64,000 nt of DNA from Alphaproteobacteria bacterium (GCA_965237415.1 CBDEFM010000002.1:2912001-2976000), one strand, 5' to 3'. Positions 1 through 10,237 are shown, counted from the stretch's first letter. Notes: a model not told the origin generated them from the letters alone. Program-made: numbers and translations.

Positions 1-914
1 CCGGCTTGGGCGAGGTGCTGATCGAGGTGACGGCGGCCGGAGTCAACCGGCCGGATACGATGCAGCGCCAAGGCCTCTATCCGCCGCCGCCCGGCGCCTC
101 GGACATTCCGGGACTCGAGGTCTCGGGCCACGTGGTGGCGATCGGCCCCGGCGCGCACCGCTACGAGGCTGGTGCTGCGGTCTGCGCGCTGACCAACGGC
201 GGCGGCTATGCCGACTATTGCGTCGCTCCGGAGACGCAGACGCTCCCGGTGCCGGCGGCGCTCTCGATTGCCGATGCCGCCGGCCTGCCCGAGACTTGCT
301 TCACGGTATGGACCAATCTCTTCGAGCGCGCCCGGCTTCGGGCCGGCGAGCGGCTGCTCGTCCACGGCGGCAGCAGCGGCATAGGTACGACTGCGATCCA
401 GATTGCCTCCGCGCTCGGCGTTCGCGTGTTTGCGACCGCCGGATCGCCGGAAAAATGCGCTGCGTGCGAGCGGCTCGGGGCCGAGCGGGCGATCGACTAT
501 CGGAGCGAGGATTTTGTTAGCGTGGCGAAGGAGTTGACCGGGGGCGAGGGCGTCGATGTCGTGCTCGACATGGTGGGTGGCAGCTACGTGCAACGCAACC
601 TCGCGACGCTCCGGCCTGAGGGCAGATTGGCCCAGATTGCCTTTCTCGAAGGGTCGAAATGCCAGATCGACCTCAATTCTCTGATGCGCAAGCGGCTTTC
701 CATCGTCGGGTCGACGCTCAGGCCCCAGAGTGTGGAGAGCAAGGCCCGCATCGCGGCGTCGCTCGAGCAGAATGTCTGGCCGCTGGTCGAATCGGGGCTG
801 GTCCGGCCCGTCATCGACTGCCGGCTCCCGCTCGAACAGGCGGCGGCGGCTCACGCGCGAATGGAAGACGGGCAGCACATCGGAAAGATCCTGCTGGAGC
901 GCAACTCGCGGTAA
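1..914 (+). CDS. NAD(P)H-quinone oxidoreductase, PIG3 family (5'-truncated by window)
   Basis: AAGVNRPD, YPPPPGAS, HGGSSGIG nucleotide-binding motif, GSTLRP, HIGKILL. Confidence 0.93.
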   Translation, partial: GLGEVLIEVTAAGVNRPDTMQRQGLYPPPPGASDIPGLEVSGHVVAIGPGAHRYEAGAAVCALTNGGGYADYCVAPETQTLPVPAALSIADAAGLPETCFTVWTNLFERARLRAGERLLVHGGSSGIGTTAIQIASALGVRVFATAGSPEKCAACERLGAERAIDYRSEDFVSVAKELTGGEGVDVVLDMVGGSYVQRNLATLRPEGRLAQIAFLEGSKCQIDLNSLMRKRLSIVGSTLRPQSVESKARIAASLEQNVWPLVESGLVRPVIDCRLPLEQAAAAHARMEDGQHIGKILLERNSR

Positions 915-1043
915 AGATCAGTGCATTGCGGCTTTGCGCTCCCTACATCTAGGCGATATACCGACCGTTTCACATGCAGCCATGTGCGGGCCCGTCGGTT
1001 ACGGCTTGCCTGCGCACGGGCGGCAGGGGAAGGAACGAATAAG

Positions 1044-1805
1044 ATGGCCGAACTGCTGATGCCCAAGGCCACGGCCGTATGGCTGGTCGACAGCACCACC
1101 CTTACGTTCGATCAGATCGCGGCGTTCTGCGGCCTGCATCCGCTCGAGGTGCAGGGCATCGCCGATGGGGAGGTCGCGATCGGCATCCGCGGCCTCGATC
1201 CCATCGCCAACGGGCAGGTCAGCCGTGAGGAGATCCAGCGTTGCGAGCAGGATTCGTCGCTCAGGCTGGAAGCCATCGGCCCGGCTGTGGAGGTCCCGCA
1301 ACGCGCCCGGCGCGCCCGCTACACGCCGGTCAGCAAGCGGCAGGATCGGCCCAACGCCATCGCCTGGCTGCTCAAGAACTATGACGAGCTGAGCGACGCG
1401 CAGATCGGCAAGCTGCTCGGCACCACTAAGGCGACGATCACCGCGGTGCGCGAGCGAACGCACTGGAACACGCCCAACATCACGCCGCAGGACCCGATTC
1501 TGCTGGGTATCTGCAACGAGGCAGAGCTCCTCGATGCGGTGCGAAAAGCACGCGCCAAGGCCGAGCGGGCGGCGGCTCGGGACGAAAAGGCCGCCGCCGC
1601 GAAGGCTGCGGCTCGGGATGAAAAGGCAGCCGCCGCGAAGGCTGCGGCCGCAGCAGTCGAGGCGACGCCGGCACAGCCGGTCGAAGCCGCGCCACCGGCC
1701 GCCCCTGAAGCCGAGCCGGGCGATCCTGCCCCGGCCGATCCCGGCATGGCCGGCGAAGGCAGCGGATCGGCAGGCACGCTTCAGCCGGAAGCGGCCGAAA
1801 GCTAA
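1044..1805 (+). CDS. trcR: DUF1013 family cell-cycle transcriptional regulator TrcR
   Basis: LMPKATAVWLVD-T-LTFDQIA-FCGLHPLEV, RYTPVSKRQDRP, THWN motifs; ATG at 1044 after AGGA; low-complexity Ala/Pro tail. Confidence 0.88.
   Translation: MAELLMPKATAVWLVDSTTLTFDQIAAFCGLHPLEVQGIADGEVAIGIRGLDPIANGQVSREEIQRCEQDSSLRLEAIGPAVEVPQRARRARYTPVSKRQDRPNAIAWLLKNYDELSDAQIGKLLGTTKATITAVRERTHWNTPNITPQDPILLGICNEAELLDAVRKARAKAERAAARDEKAAAAKAAARDEKAAAAKAAAAAVEATPAQPVEAAPPAAPEAEPGDPAPADPGMAGEGSGSAGTLQPEAAES
1572..1643 (+). repeat. 36-bp in-frame tandem duplication (AARDEKAAAAKA x2) in trcR
   Basis: gcggctcggga(c/t)gaaaaggc(c/a)gccgccgcgaaggct repeated twice. Confidence 0.9.
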
Positions 1806-1886
1806 CCGCCGGCGACGACGGCCGCGCTGCGCCGGCCGCGCCGCCGGTCGCGGCGGGCTTAATCATTCATTGGGGAAAGAACGGCC

Positions 1887-3005
1887 ATGCTGATCGGCGT
1901 TCCCAAGGAAACCACGATTCACGAATATCGCGTCGGCGTTCCGCCGGCAGGGGTGCGCGAGCTCGTGCAGCACGGCCACCGGGTCATGGTCGAACGGGAT
2001 GCCGGCACGGAGATCGGGCTCCTCGACGAGCACTACGAACGGGCGGGCGCCGTGGTGGTCGACGAGGTGGCTGAGATCTACGGCTCGGCGGAGATGATCG
2101 TGAAGGTGAAGGAGCCCCAGCCGGCGGAGTGCGCCATGCTGCGGGGCGATCAGGTGCTGTTCACCTATCTCCACCTCGCGGCCGACGCTGCCCAGACCAA
2201 CGCGCTAATCGATTCCGGCTGCATTGCCATCGCCTATGAGACCGTAACCGATGCGCGGGGCGGTCTGCCGCTTCTCGCGCCGATGAGCGAGGTCGCGGGC
2301 CGCATGTCGATCCAGGCCGGCGCCCATTGCCTCGAGAAGGAACAGGGTGGGCGCGGCGTCCTGCTCGGCGGAGTCCCCGGCGTGCCGCCCGCCGACGTGG
2401 CGATACTCGGCGGCGGCGTGGTGGGCACCCACGCGGCGCGCATGGCGGTGGGCATGGGGGCGAAGGTCACGATCATCGACCGTTCGATCCCGCGGCTCCG
2501 TCAGCTCGACGAGATTTTCGGGGCCAGCGCGACGACTCTCTACTCGACCGTCCTCGCCATCGAGGAGACGGTGCACAACGCCGACCTCGTGATCGGCGCA
2601 GTGCTCGTCGTCGGCGCCGCCGCGCCAAAGCTGGTGCGCCGCGACATGTTGGACGAGATGCGCCGCAACGCCGTCGTGGTCGATGTGGCGATCGACCAGG
2701 GAGGCTGCTTCGAGACCAGCCGGCCGACAACCCATGCCGAGCCCACCTACAAGGTGGCCAACGTCCTGCACTATTGCGTCACCAACATGCCGGGCGCCGT
2801 GGCCCGCACCTCGACCTTCGCGCTGAGCAATGCAACGCTGCCTTTCGTGCTCGCGCTCGCGGGGAACGGTTGGCGCCAGGCCATGCGCGGCGACCCGCAC
2901 CTGATGCACGGCCTCAATGTTTGCCGCGGGCGCGTCACCCACGAGGCGGTCGCGCTCGACCTCGGCCACGACTATCTCGCGCCGGATCAGGCGCTCGCCG
3001 CCTAG
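1887..3005 (+). CDS. ald: alanine dehydrogenase
   Basis: [46 protein letters not shown]. Confidence 0.96.
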   Translation: MLIGVPKETTIHEYRVGVPPAGVRELVQHGHRVMVERDAGTEIGLLDEHYERAGAVVVDEVAEIYGSAEMIVKVKEPQPAECAMLRGDQVLFTYLHLAADAAQTNALIDSGCIAIAYETVTDARGGLPLLAPMSEVAGRMSIQAGAHCLEKEQGGRGVLLGGVPGVPPADVAILGGGVVGTHAARMAVGMGAKVTIIDRSIPRLRQLDEIFGASATTLYSTVLAIEETVHNADLVIGAVLVVGAAAPKLVRRDMLDEMRRNAVVVDVAIDQGGCFETSRPTTHAEPTYKVANVLHYCVTNMPGAVARTSTFALSNATLPFVLALAGNGWRQAMRGDPHLMHGLNVCRGRVTHEAVALDLGHDYLAPDQALAA

Positions 3006-3041
3006 CTGGCTCCACGAACCGACGAGAATCGGGGGACCACG

Positions 3042-4541
3042 ATGACTGCAACGCTCACTCACTGGATCAACGGCGCCGCCCAAGCCGGCGCGTCTGCGCG
3101 CTTCGGCGATGTCTACAACCCGGCTGCCGGCGAGGTGATCGCGCGCGTGCCCTTCGCCGCAGCGTCCGAGGTCGACAGCGCTGTGCGCGCCGCGGCGGAG
3201 GCGCAGCCCGCCTGGGCCGCCACGCCGCCGTCGCGCAGGGCGCGGGTGATCTTCGCCTTCAAGGAGCTGGTCGAGAGCCGCAAGGAAGAGCTGGCCAAGG
3301 TGGTAACACGCGAGCACGGCAAGGTGCTGTCGGACGCGATCGGCTCGGTGAGCCGCGGGCTCGAGGTGCTGGAGTTCGCGTGCGGTATCCCGCACCTGCT
3401 GCGGGGCGATTACACCGAGGCGGTGGGCACTGGCGTCGACAGTTTCTCGACCCGTGCGCCGCTCGGCGTGGTCGCCGGCATCACGCCCTTCAACTTCCCG
3501 GCCATGGTGCCGATGTGGATGTTCCCGGTGGCCATCGCCTGCGGCAACGCGTTCATCCTGAAGCCGTCGGAGAAGGATCCCTCGGCCTCGATGATGCTCG
3601 CCGAATGGTTGAAGGAGGCCGGCCTCCCCGACGGCGTGTTCAGCGTCGTCCACGGCGACAAGGAGGCGGTCGACGCAATCCTCATGCATCCGGGCATCGC
3701 AGCGGTGAGCTTCGTGGGCTCCACGCCCATCGCCGAATACGTCTACCAGACCGGCTGCGCCCACGGTAAGCGGGTGCAGGCGCTGGGTGGCGCCAAGAAC
3801 CACGCGGTCGTCATGCCGGATGCCGACCTCACGATGGCGAGCGACGCGCTCATCGGGGCGGCTTACGGCTCCGCCGGCGAGCGCTGCATGGCCGTCTCGG
3901 TCGCGGTCGCGGTCGGCGACAAGGTGGGCGACGCGCTGATCGAGGACCTGAAGCCCAAGATCGACAGCATCAAGGTCGGGCCCGGGACCGACGGCGAGGC
4001 CGACATGGGGCCGCTGGTGACGAAGGCGCACTACGACAAGGTCCGCAGCTATGTCGATATCGGCGTCGAGGAAGGCGCCGAGCTGGTGGTGGATGGCCGC
4101 GACCTCGCCCTCCAGGGCTACGAGAACGGCTATTTCATCGGCCCGTGCCTGTTCGACCGGGTGACGCCCGACATGCGCATCTACAAGGAGGAGATTTTTG
4201 GGCCGGTGCTCTCGGTGGTTCGCGCGCCCGACTACGGGACCGCAGTAAAGATGGTCAACGAGCACGAGTTCGGCAACGGGGTGGCTATCTTCACCCGCGA
4301 TGGCGACGCCGCGCGCGAGTTCGCGAACCAGGTCGAGATCGGCATGGTGGGCGTCAACGTGCCGATCCCCGTGCCGGTCGCCTACCACAGCTTCGGCGGC
4401 TGGAAGCGCTCGCTCTTCGGCGACCACGCCATGCACGGCATGGAGGGCGTGCGCTTCTACACCAAGCTCAAGACGGTGACCTCCCGCTGGCCGACCGGCA
4501 TCCGCTCGGGCGTCGACCTCTCCTTCCCCATGATGTCGTAA
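3042..4541 (+). CDS. mmsA: CoA-acylating (methyl)malonate-semialdehyde dehydrogenase
   Basis: ITPFNFPAMVPMW, KPSEKDP, GGAKNH, AGERCMA, EEIFGPV, GVNVPIPVP. Confidence 0.96.
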   Translation: MTATLTHWINGAAQAGASARFGDVYNPAAGEVIARVPFAAASEVDSAVRAAAEAQPAWAATPPSRRARVIFAFKELVESRKEELAKVVTREHGKVLSDAIGSVSRGLEVLEFACGIPHLLRGDYTEAVGTGVDSFSTRAPLGVVAGITPFNFPAMVPMWMFPVAIACGNAFILKPSEKDPSASMMLAEWLKEAGLPDGVFSVVHGDKEAVDAILMHPGIAAVSFVGSTPIAEYVYQTGCAHGKRVQALGGAKNHAVVMPDADLTMASDALIGAAYGSAGERCMAVSVAVAVGDKVGDALIEDLKPKIDSIKVGPGTDGEADMGPLVTKAHYDKVRSYVDIGVEEGAELVVDGRDLALQGYENGYFIGPCLFDRVTPDMRIYKEEIFGPVLSVVRAPDYGTAVKMVNEHEFGNGVAIFTRDGDAAREFANQVEIGMVGVNVPIPVPVAYHSFGGWKRSLFGDHAMHGMEGVRFYTKLKTVTSRWPTGIRSGVDLSFPMMS

Positions 4542-4576
4542 GCGGCCGTTTTCTCTGACGCACGGACCATGACATT

Positions 4577-4595
4577 GGTGAGAAATCCGGGCTAG
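4577..4595 (+). repeat. short dispersed repeat family B, copy 1
   Basis: ggtgagaaatccgggctag; matches copies near 13167, 19022, 24828 and 37579. Confidence 0.8.
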
Positions 4596-4628
4596 GCTGC
4601 CAGCCTTGGCGGCAGGGGAGTTGTGGCG

Positions 4629-5501
4629 ATGGCGGTGGTGAAGGCCGGGCTCATACAGATGAGCCTCAAGGGCGACGTCGAGAGCGATTCGCCCGAGCAG
4701 ATCAGCGAGAAGATGATCGCAGCCCACCTGCCCCTCATCGAGCAGGCGGCGCAGGAAGGCGTGCAGGTGCTCGGCCTCCAGGAGCTCTTCAACCTGCCTT
4801 ACGTCGGCGCGGAGCAGGACAAGCGGTGGTACCGTGCCACCGAGCGGGTACCCGACGGGCCGACGATCCAGCGGATGCGGGCGGAGGCGGCGCGCCTCGG
4901 CATGGCGATGGTGGTGCCGGTCTATGAGGAAGCCCAGACCGGCGTCTACTACAACACCGCCGCCGTGATCGACGCGGACGGGCGCTACCTCGGCAAGTTC
5001 CGCAAGATCCACATCCCCCACGTCGTCGGCTTCTGCGAGAAGTTCTATTTCAAGCCCGGCGACATCGGCTATCCGGTGTTCGAGACCGCGTTCTGCAAGG
5101 TCGGCGTCTATATCTGCTACGACCGGCACTTCCCCGAAGGCTGGCGCGAGCTCGCCATGAACGGCGCCGAGGTGATCTTCAATCCCTCGGCCACCGTGCG
5201 GGGGCTCAGCGACCATCTCTGGACTCTGGAGCAGCCGGCGGCGGCGGTCGCGAACTGCGTCTACATCGGCGCCAACAACCGCGTCGGCATGGAGCCGCCG
5301 TGGAATAACGGCCACTTCTACGGCTCCAGCTATTTTTGCAATCCGCGCGGCGAGATTCTGGCGCAGGGCGGCGACCAGGATGATGAGTTGGTGGTCGCCG
5401 AGCTCGATCTCGCCATGATCGGCGAGGTGCGCGACGCGTGGAACTTCTATCGCGACCGCCGGCCCGACACCTACGGCGCCGTCGCGTCCTGGCAGGTCTG
5501 A
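4629..5501 (+). CDS. nitrilase-superfamily hydrolase, beta-ureidopropionase-like (paralog 1)
   Basis: Glu-Lys-Cys triad: QELF, FRKIHIP, ICYDRHFPEGWR; RDRRPD tail. Confidence 0.9.
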   Translation: MAVVKAGLIQMSLKGDVESDSPEQISEKMIAAHLPLIEQAAQEGVQVLGLQELFNLPYVGAEQDKRWYRATERVPDGPTIQRMRAEAARLGMAMVVPVYEEAQTGVYYNTAAVIDADGRYLGKFRKIHIPHVVGFCEKFYFKPGDIGYPVFETAFCKVGVYICYDRHFPEGWRELAMNGAEVIFNPSATVRGLSDHLWTLEQPAAAVANCVYIGANNRVGMEPPWNNGHFYGSSYFCNPRGEILAQGGDQDDELVVAELDLAMIGEVRDAWNFYRDRRPDTYGAVASWQV

Positions 5502-5531
5502 GCGGGCGAGCGAGCGAGAGGAGGCCCGGCG

Positions 5532-6401
5532 ATGCGCAAGGTCAAGGCGGCCCTCATTCAGATGAACCTGAAGGGGGATCCGGCTACCGATTCCATCGAG
5601 ACGATCCGCGACAACATGATCGCGGCCCACATGCCGCAGATCGAGGAGGCGGCGCGGCAGGGCGTGCAGGTCTTGGGGCTGCAGGAGGTATTCAACGCGC
5701 CCTACTTCCCCGCCACCATCGACGACAGGTGGTTCGAATCCGCCGAGGCGGTGCCGGACGGGCCGACCACCCAGGCGATTTGCGCGGCGGCGAAGACGCA
5801 CGGCATGGTCATCGTCTCGCCGGTCTACGAGCGCGATCGCAGCGGCACGCTCTACAACTGCGCCGCGGTGATCGATGCGGACGGCAGCTACCTCGGCAAG
5901 TTCCGCAAGATTCACATCCCCAAGATCGATGGCTTCGACGAAAAGCACTATTTCGCCGACGGCGACCTGGGCTACCCGGTGTTCGACACCGCGGTCGGCA
6001 AAGTGGGGGTCTATATTTGCTACGACCGCCACTTCCCCGAAGGCTGGCGCGCGCTGGCGCTGAACGGTGCCGAGCTGGTGTTCAACCCGTCGGCGACCTT
6101 CCGGGGCGTGAGCGATCACATCTGGAACCTGGAGCAGGTGGGCGCAGCCATCGCAAACGGCATCTTCATCGGCACCAACAATCGGGTCGGCACCGAGCCC
6201 AGCCTCGGCAACCATGTGTTCTACGGCTCCAGCTACTTCTGCAACCCGCGCGGCGAGATCCTGGCGCAGGGTGGCGATCAGGACGACGAGCTGGTGGTCG
6301 CCGAGCTCGACCTCGACCAGATCCGCGAGGTCCGCGACACGTGGCAGTTCTTCCGCGACCGCCGGCCCGAGACCTACCAGCACTGCGCCCGGCAGCCGTG
6401 A
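5532..6401 (+). CDS. nitrilase-superfamily hydrolase, beta-ureidopropionase-like (paralog 2)
   Basis: QEVF, FRKIHIP, ICYDRHFPEGWR; long stretches identical to paralog 1. Confidence 0.9.
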   Translation: MRKVKAALIQMNLKGDPATDSIETIRDNMIAAHMPQIEEAARQGVQVLGLQEVFNAPYFPATIDDRWFESAEAVPDGPTTQAICAAAKTHGMVIVSPVYERDRSGTLYNCAAVIDADGSYLGKFRKIHIPKIDGFDEKHYFADGDLGYPVFDTAVGKVGVYICYDRHFPEGWRALALNGAELVFNPSATFRGVSDHIWNLEQVGAAIANGIFIGTNNRVGTEPSLGNHVFYGSSYFCNPRGEILAQGGDQDDELVVAELDLDQIREVRDTWQFFRDRRPETYQHCARQP

Positions 6402-6463
6402 GTTGCCTGCGTCGGAAGGGTCGCGGGAGCGTCAGAAAAGTTGTGCGCATGGCATAGCGAGGC

Positions 6464-6610
6464 GAGAGTGAGTCCGTCTTTCACGGACTCGCGACGGGCC
6501 GCGACCGCGGCTCGCCGCTTCTGCGGCGCTAATCACGCACGCGCGAGCGCGTGGACGTGCGATGCGGAGGTGTTGGTCACAGGCCAGCTGCTGTAAGCAA
6601 GAAAGCTGGA
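6464..6610 (+). repeat. ~146-bp dispersed palindromic repeat family A (MITE/RPE-like), degenerate copy 1
   Basis: gagtccgtctttcacggactcgcgacgggccgcgaccgcggctcgccgc...; colinear with 25196-25341(-) and 29131-29276(+). Confidence 0.8.
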
Positions 6611-6640
6611 GCGTTTCCACGTGAAACTGAAACGCTCCAG
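6606..6640. repeat. palindromic hairpin
   Basis: ctggagcgtttc ... gaaacgctccag, perfect 12-bp arms. Confidence 0.7.
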
Positions 6641-6853
6641 CAGGGCGATGAAAACCCCAGATTTTGTTGGGCCGTTCTGCTAAGTTCGCGCAACACAGTA
6701 GAATCGAAGAGAGAATAAAGGGAATCATGGAATTTGATAGAATAGTTCTTCTACGTCCCATTGGATTTGTTGGCTGTCCCGTGTGAGCACCTGAATACTT
6801 GTCTTCATTTGGCAACTGAAAAACGGCCGCAGTCGGTTGGAGAGGTGAGACGA

Positions 6854-7606
6854 GTGAACCTACTGCGCTTGATAATATTCACTACGATATCGCTATGCGG
6901 GGTAGCGAGCGCGGAAACAGGATCGGAAAAGGTTGAGAATGGTGGACATAGTAGCGGCGACCTCGAGATTCTGGATGTCCAGACTGAAGCAGAGCTGCGT
7001 TCTGTTCTAAATGAAGTAGGGCAGAAGTTGATTCCAACAGATTGTGGTGACTGGAATGAAGATGAACCACGGGTAGCCGCCGTGATGAATTTGGGTAGCT
7101 TTAAGGAGCTCTGGATAGGCAGCGAATATTCCGATTCCGAAGGCCTCGGCATAGAACGATTTCAGAAAAGGTATGAGATAAGAGACATTTCAAAAGGTGG
7201 AGAACCACTGCGGGGGAGCATCAACATCAGATTGCCAAGTGGCGAGATGGACGTCGAACGAACGTGTTTCAGTAAATTAAAAGACGTACAAGTCAGAGGG
7301 TCGAATGACGACGGAGAGGGAGTTTACAAGGGTAACCTTTGGAAAATGACAATCATTGAAATCAAATTCGGTGTCCTCGTCGAACCGCAAGGATTTTTGG
7401 GAGAGAGGACAGCGACGGGTGAAACACAGGTAACAGTAACGATGTCGGAGGGAATATTGGCCATGGCACTGCGAAAAAGTGCCGAGCATCTTTGGGCACT
7501 ACCGGGAAGCTTAGGATTGCTGATGTTGTGGGCCTTTGGGGGCCGAGTTTTGCGAAGGATGCAGGCAAAGTGGCGCTCGCGGTCGACGAGCGATCCAAGA
7601 GTGTGA
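6854..7606 (+). CDS. hypothetical exported protein with C-terminal TM segment (low-GC orphan)
   Basis: GTG after GGAGAGG; N-terminal signal-like LLRLIIFTTISLCGVASA; C-terminal LWALPGSLGLLMLWAFG followed by basic residues. Confidence 0.65.
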   Translation: MNLLRLIIFTTISLCGVASAETGSEKVENGGHSSGDLEILDVQTEAELRSVLNEVGQKLIPTDCGDWNEDEPRVAAVMNLGSFKELWIGSEYSDSEGLGIERFQKRYEIRDISKGGEPLRGSINIRLPSGEMDVERTCFSKLKDVQVRGSNDDGEGVYKGNLWKMTIIEIKFGVLVEPQGFLGERTATGETQVTVTMSEGILAMALRKSAEHLWALPGSLGLLMLWAFGGRVLRRMQAKWRSRSTSDPRV

Positions 7607-7653
7607 CGCGGATCGCGGATGCGCAGCTCCGCCAGCCCAGCCCGCGGCCGCAT

Positions 7654-8526
7654 TTAGCGCGCGCGGCGTCCGTGCGTGACGGTGCCGAAGGTCACGCCCC
7701 TGAGAAGCTGGTTCTGGAGGACGAAGGTCACCAGGACAACCGGGATCAGGAAGAGCGTCTCGATCGCAGCCAGCCTGCCCCAGTCCACGCCGATGCCGCT
7801 GCCGAGGCTGGCCCCCATGCCGACCGGCACGGTCCGCGTCTCCGGCCCGGTCAGCAGCAGCGCCATCAGGAACTCGTTCCAGGTGAGGATGAGGCCGAGC
7901 GTGGCGGTCGCGGCAATTCCGGCCTTCACCTGCGGCAGGCAGACACGGAAGAAGACCCGCCACTCGGAGCTGCCGTCGGTCCGCGCGGCGTCCTCCACCT
8001 CGCGCGGCAGATCGTCGAAGAAGCTCTTCATCATCCAGATGGCGAAGGGCAGGTTGAACGCGGTGTAGAGCAGGATGATGCCGAGGTAGCTGCCGGCCAG
8101 CCCGGTCATGCGAAAGATCACGAAGAGCGGGATGATGAGGACGATGGGCGGCAACATCCGCGCGGTCAGCACCACGAGCAGGTAGGTGTCGTTGCCCTTG
8201 AGCGGCCAGCGCGAGAAGCCGTAGGCCGCGGCGGTGCCGAGGATGAGCGCGAGCCCGACGCTCGCGCCCGAGACCACGATGCTGTTCACGAAGTAGAGCT
8301 CGAACCCGGTTTCGATCAGCGCGCCGCCCTGGTAGTGCACGCGCGCGAAGATGTTGGCGAAGTTGTCGAGGGTCGGCGTGAAGGCGAGCGTCGAGCTGAG
8401 AATGTCGCGCGGGCTCTTGAACGCGGTGAGCACGATCCAGAGCACCGGCAGAAAGTAGACGAAGCCGACGAGCGCGCAGAGCGCGGTGCGCCCCCATCCG
8501 GCCCGGCCGATCGCGCGCCGCCGCAT
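7654..8526 (-). CDS. carbohydrate ABC transporter permease (MalG-like)
   Basis: EAA loop LPREVEDAARTDG; WNEFL; six TM segments. Confidence 0.9.
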   Translation of the reverse strand: MRRRAIGRAGWGRTALCALVGFVYFLPVLWIVLTAFKSPRDILSSTLAFTPTLDNFANIFARVHYQGGALIETGFELYFVNSIVVSGASVGLALILGTAAAYGFSRWPLKGNDTYLLVVLTARMLPPIVLIIPLFVIFRMTGLAGSYLGIILLYTAFNLPFAIWMMKSFFDDLPREVEDAARTDGSSEWRVFFRVCLPQVKAGIAATATLGLILTWNEFLMALLLTGPETRTVPVGMGASLGSGIGVDWGRLAAIETLFLIPVVLVTFVLQNQLLRGVTFGTVTHGRRAR

Positions 8527-8551
8527 CCCGCCTCGGCTGTGCCTGCTAAAC

Positions 8552-10237
8552 TCAGGCCGGGAGCGCGGCAGGCCAGCGCCGGTGCCAGTCCGTCTCGCGC
8601 TGATACTGATGGCCGAGGCGGAACAGAAACGCCTCGGCAAACGGCCGGCCGATGAGCTGGAACGAGGTCGGCATCCCGTCGGGCGTGAAGCCGCAGGTCA
8701 CGCTCAGCGCCGGCAGGCCGAGGTAGTTCACCACGCGCGTGTTGCGCGTCAGCCCCACGACCATCTTGAGATAAGCCGGTCCGTCCCGGTAGACGGTGTC
8801 CGCGAGCGTCGGCGTCGGCATCGGCAGCACCGGGGCCAGCAGCGCGTCGCAGTCCCCGAACACAGCGTCCATAAAGACCCGGAGCGCATGGGCGCGGTAC
8901 TGCAGGGCGTTGATGTAGTCGGTCGCGGGGATGAAGAAGCCCGCCTGCAGGCGTTTGCCCACCTCGTCGGAATACTCCGCGTCGCGCTCGCGCTTCCAGG
9001 GCAGGTGGTTGGCTGCGCCCTCGGCCTTCATCAACAACGGGTGGATCGCGGACACGGTATCGAGCAGCGCCGGCATGGCGACGGGCACGAGGGTCGCGCC
9101 GAGGCCCGTGAAGACCGCGTGGCTGGCCTCGATCGCGGTAGCCACGCCCGGATCCAGGTCCTCGTCGAAATAGCCGGCAGGAATGCCGATGCGCACGCCG
9201 CGCACACTCTGCTCCAGCGTCGCCTCGTAGTCGGGCACCGGCTCGGCGCTCGTGGTGGCGTCATTCTCGTCCGCGCCTGCGATTACGCCGAGTACGCGGG
9301 CACAGTCCTGCACCGTCCGCGCCAGCGGTCCCATCACGTCGAGCGACCAGGACATCGGCATGCAGCCGAAGCGGCTGACGCGGCCCTGTGTGGGGTTGAT
9401 GCCGGCGATGCCGTTGGCCGCCGCAGGGCAGCGGATCGAGCCGCCGGTGTCTGAGCCGAGCGCCGCGTAGACCAGGCGGCCGGCGACCGCCGTGCCCGAG
9501 CCCGAGGACGAGCCGCAGGGAATGCGCTCAAAATCCCAGACATTGCGGCAGCGCGGCAGATGGGCGTTGAAGCCGTGGGGGCCCATGGCGAACTCGACCA
9601 TGGCGAGGCTGCCGAGATCGACGGCACCGGCCGCATCGAGCCGGTCGAGCACGGTGGCCGTCGCGGCCGGGCGGAATTCGCGTCTGATCCGGGAGCCGCA
9701 GCTCGAGACCTTGCCGGCCCGGTAGTACATGTCCTTGTGGGCGAGCGGCACGCCCGCGAGCGGGCCGGCTGCCTCGCCGCGGCCCCGGTTCTTGTCGATC
9801 TCCCGTGCGCGGGCCAGCGCGTCCTCGGCATCGAGGCGGACGAAGGCATGGAGGTCGGGGTCCAGCCGGTCGATGCGCGCGAGCGCCGTTTCCACCAGAT
9901 CGGTGGCGGAGAGCTCGCCGTTGGCAACCGCATCCGCCGCCTCGCAAAGGCTGAGTGCCGCGATCTCGTCTGAGCCCCCGGCCGCGCCCGTGCCGACGTC
10001 AGGCGCGGTGGCCGTGTCGACGTCCACATGCCCACCGCCATCAGTGGTCTTCAACGCGTGCAGCGCTTGCTCGAAAGAAGCGGGCAGCCGGTCGAAGTCG
10101 TGATCGGGCCGCGCGGCCTCGACCGCCGCGTGCAACTGGCCGAGTTCGATCGGGAGCTCGGCGACCCTCTCGTCCGTTAGCGGGATGCGCTGGCATTCCT
10201 CGTTCAGCCGCCCGATCGTCTCGCTGCTGATCGCCAT
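8552..10237 (-). CDS. amidase-signature family enzyme with ~65-aa N-terminal extra domain
   Basis: GVPLAHKD, GSSSGSG, LGSDTGGSIRCPA (Ser-cisSer-Lys). Confidence 0.9.
   Translation of the reverse strand: MAISSETIGRLNEECQRIPLTDERVAELPIELGQLHAAVEAARPDHDFDRLPASFEQALHALKTTDGGGHVDVDTATAPDVGTGAAGGSDEIAALSLCEAADAVANGELSATDLVETALARIDRLDPDLHAFVRLDAEDALARAREIDKNRGRGEAAGPLAGVPLAHKDMYYRAGKVSSCGSRIRREFRPAATATVLDRLDAAGAVDLGSLAMVEFAMGPHGFNAHLPRCRNVWDFERIPCGSSSGSGTAVAGRLVYAALGSDTGGSIRCPAAANGIAGINPTQGRVSRFGCMPMSWSLDVMGPLARTVQDCARVLGVIAGADENDATTSAEPVPDYEATLEQSVRGVRIGIPAGYFDEDLDPGVATAIEASHAVFTGLGATLVPVAMPALLDTVSAIHPLLMKAEGAANHLPWKRERDAEYSDEVGKRLQAGFFIPATDYINALQYRAHALRVFMDAVFGDCDALLAPVLPMPTPTLADTVYRDGPAYLKMVVGLTRNTRVVNYLGLPALSVTCGFTPDGMPTSFQLIGRPFAEAFLFRLGHQYQRETDWHRRWPAALPA

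Noticed and set aside
2205-6383. 1392-aa minus-strand ORF
   Set aside because: Antisense shadow of ald, mmsA and the two nitrilases; typical of high-GC codon bias; no motifs.
6612-6628. parS-like sequence gtttccacgtgaaact
   Set aside because: About three mismatches to TGTTNCACGTGAAACA, a single copy, and embedded in a larger palindrome.
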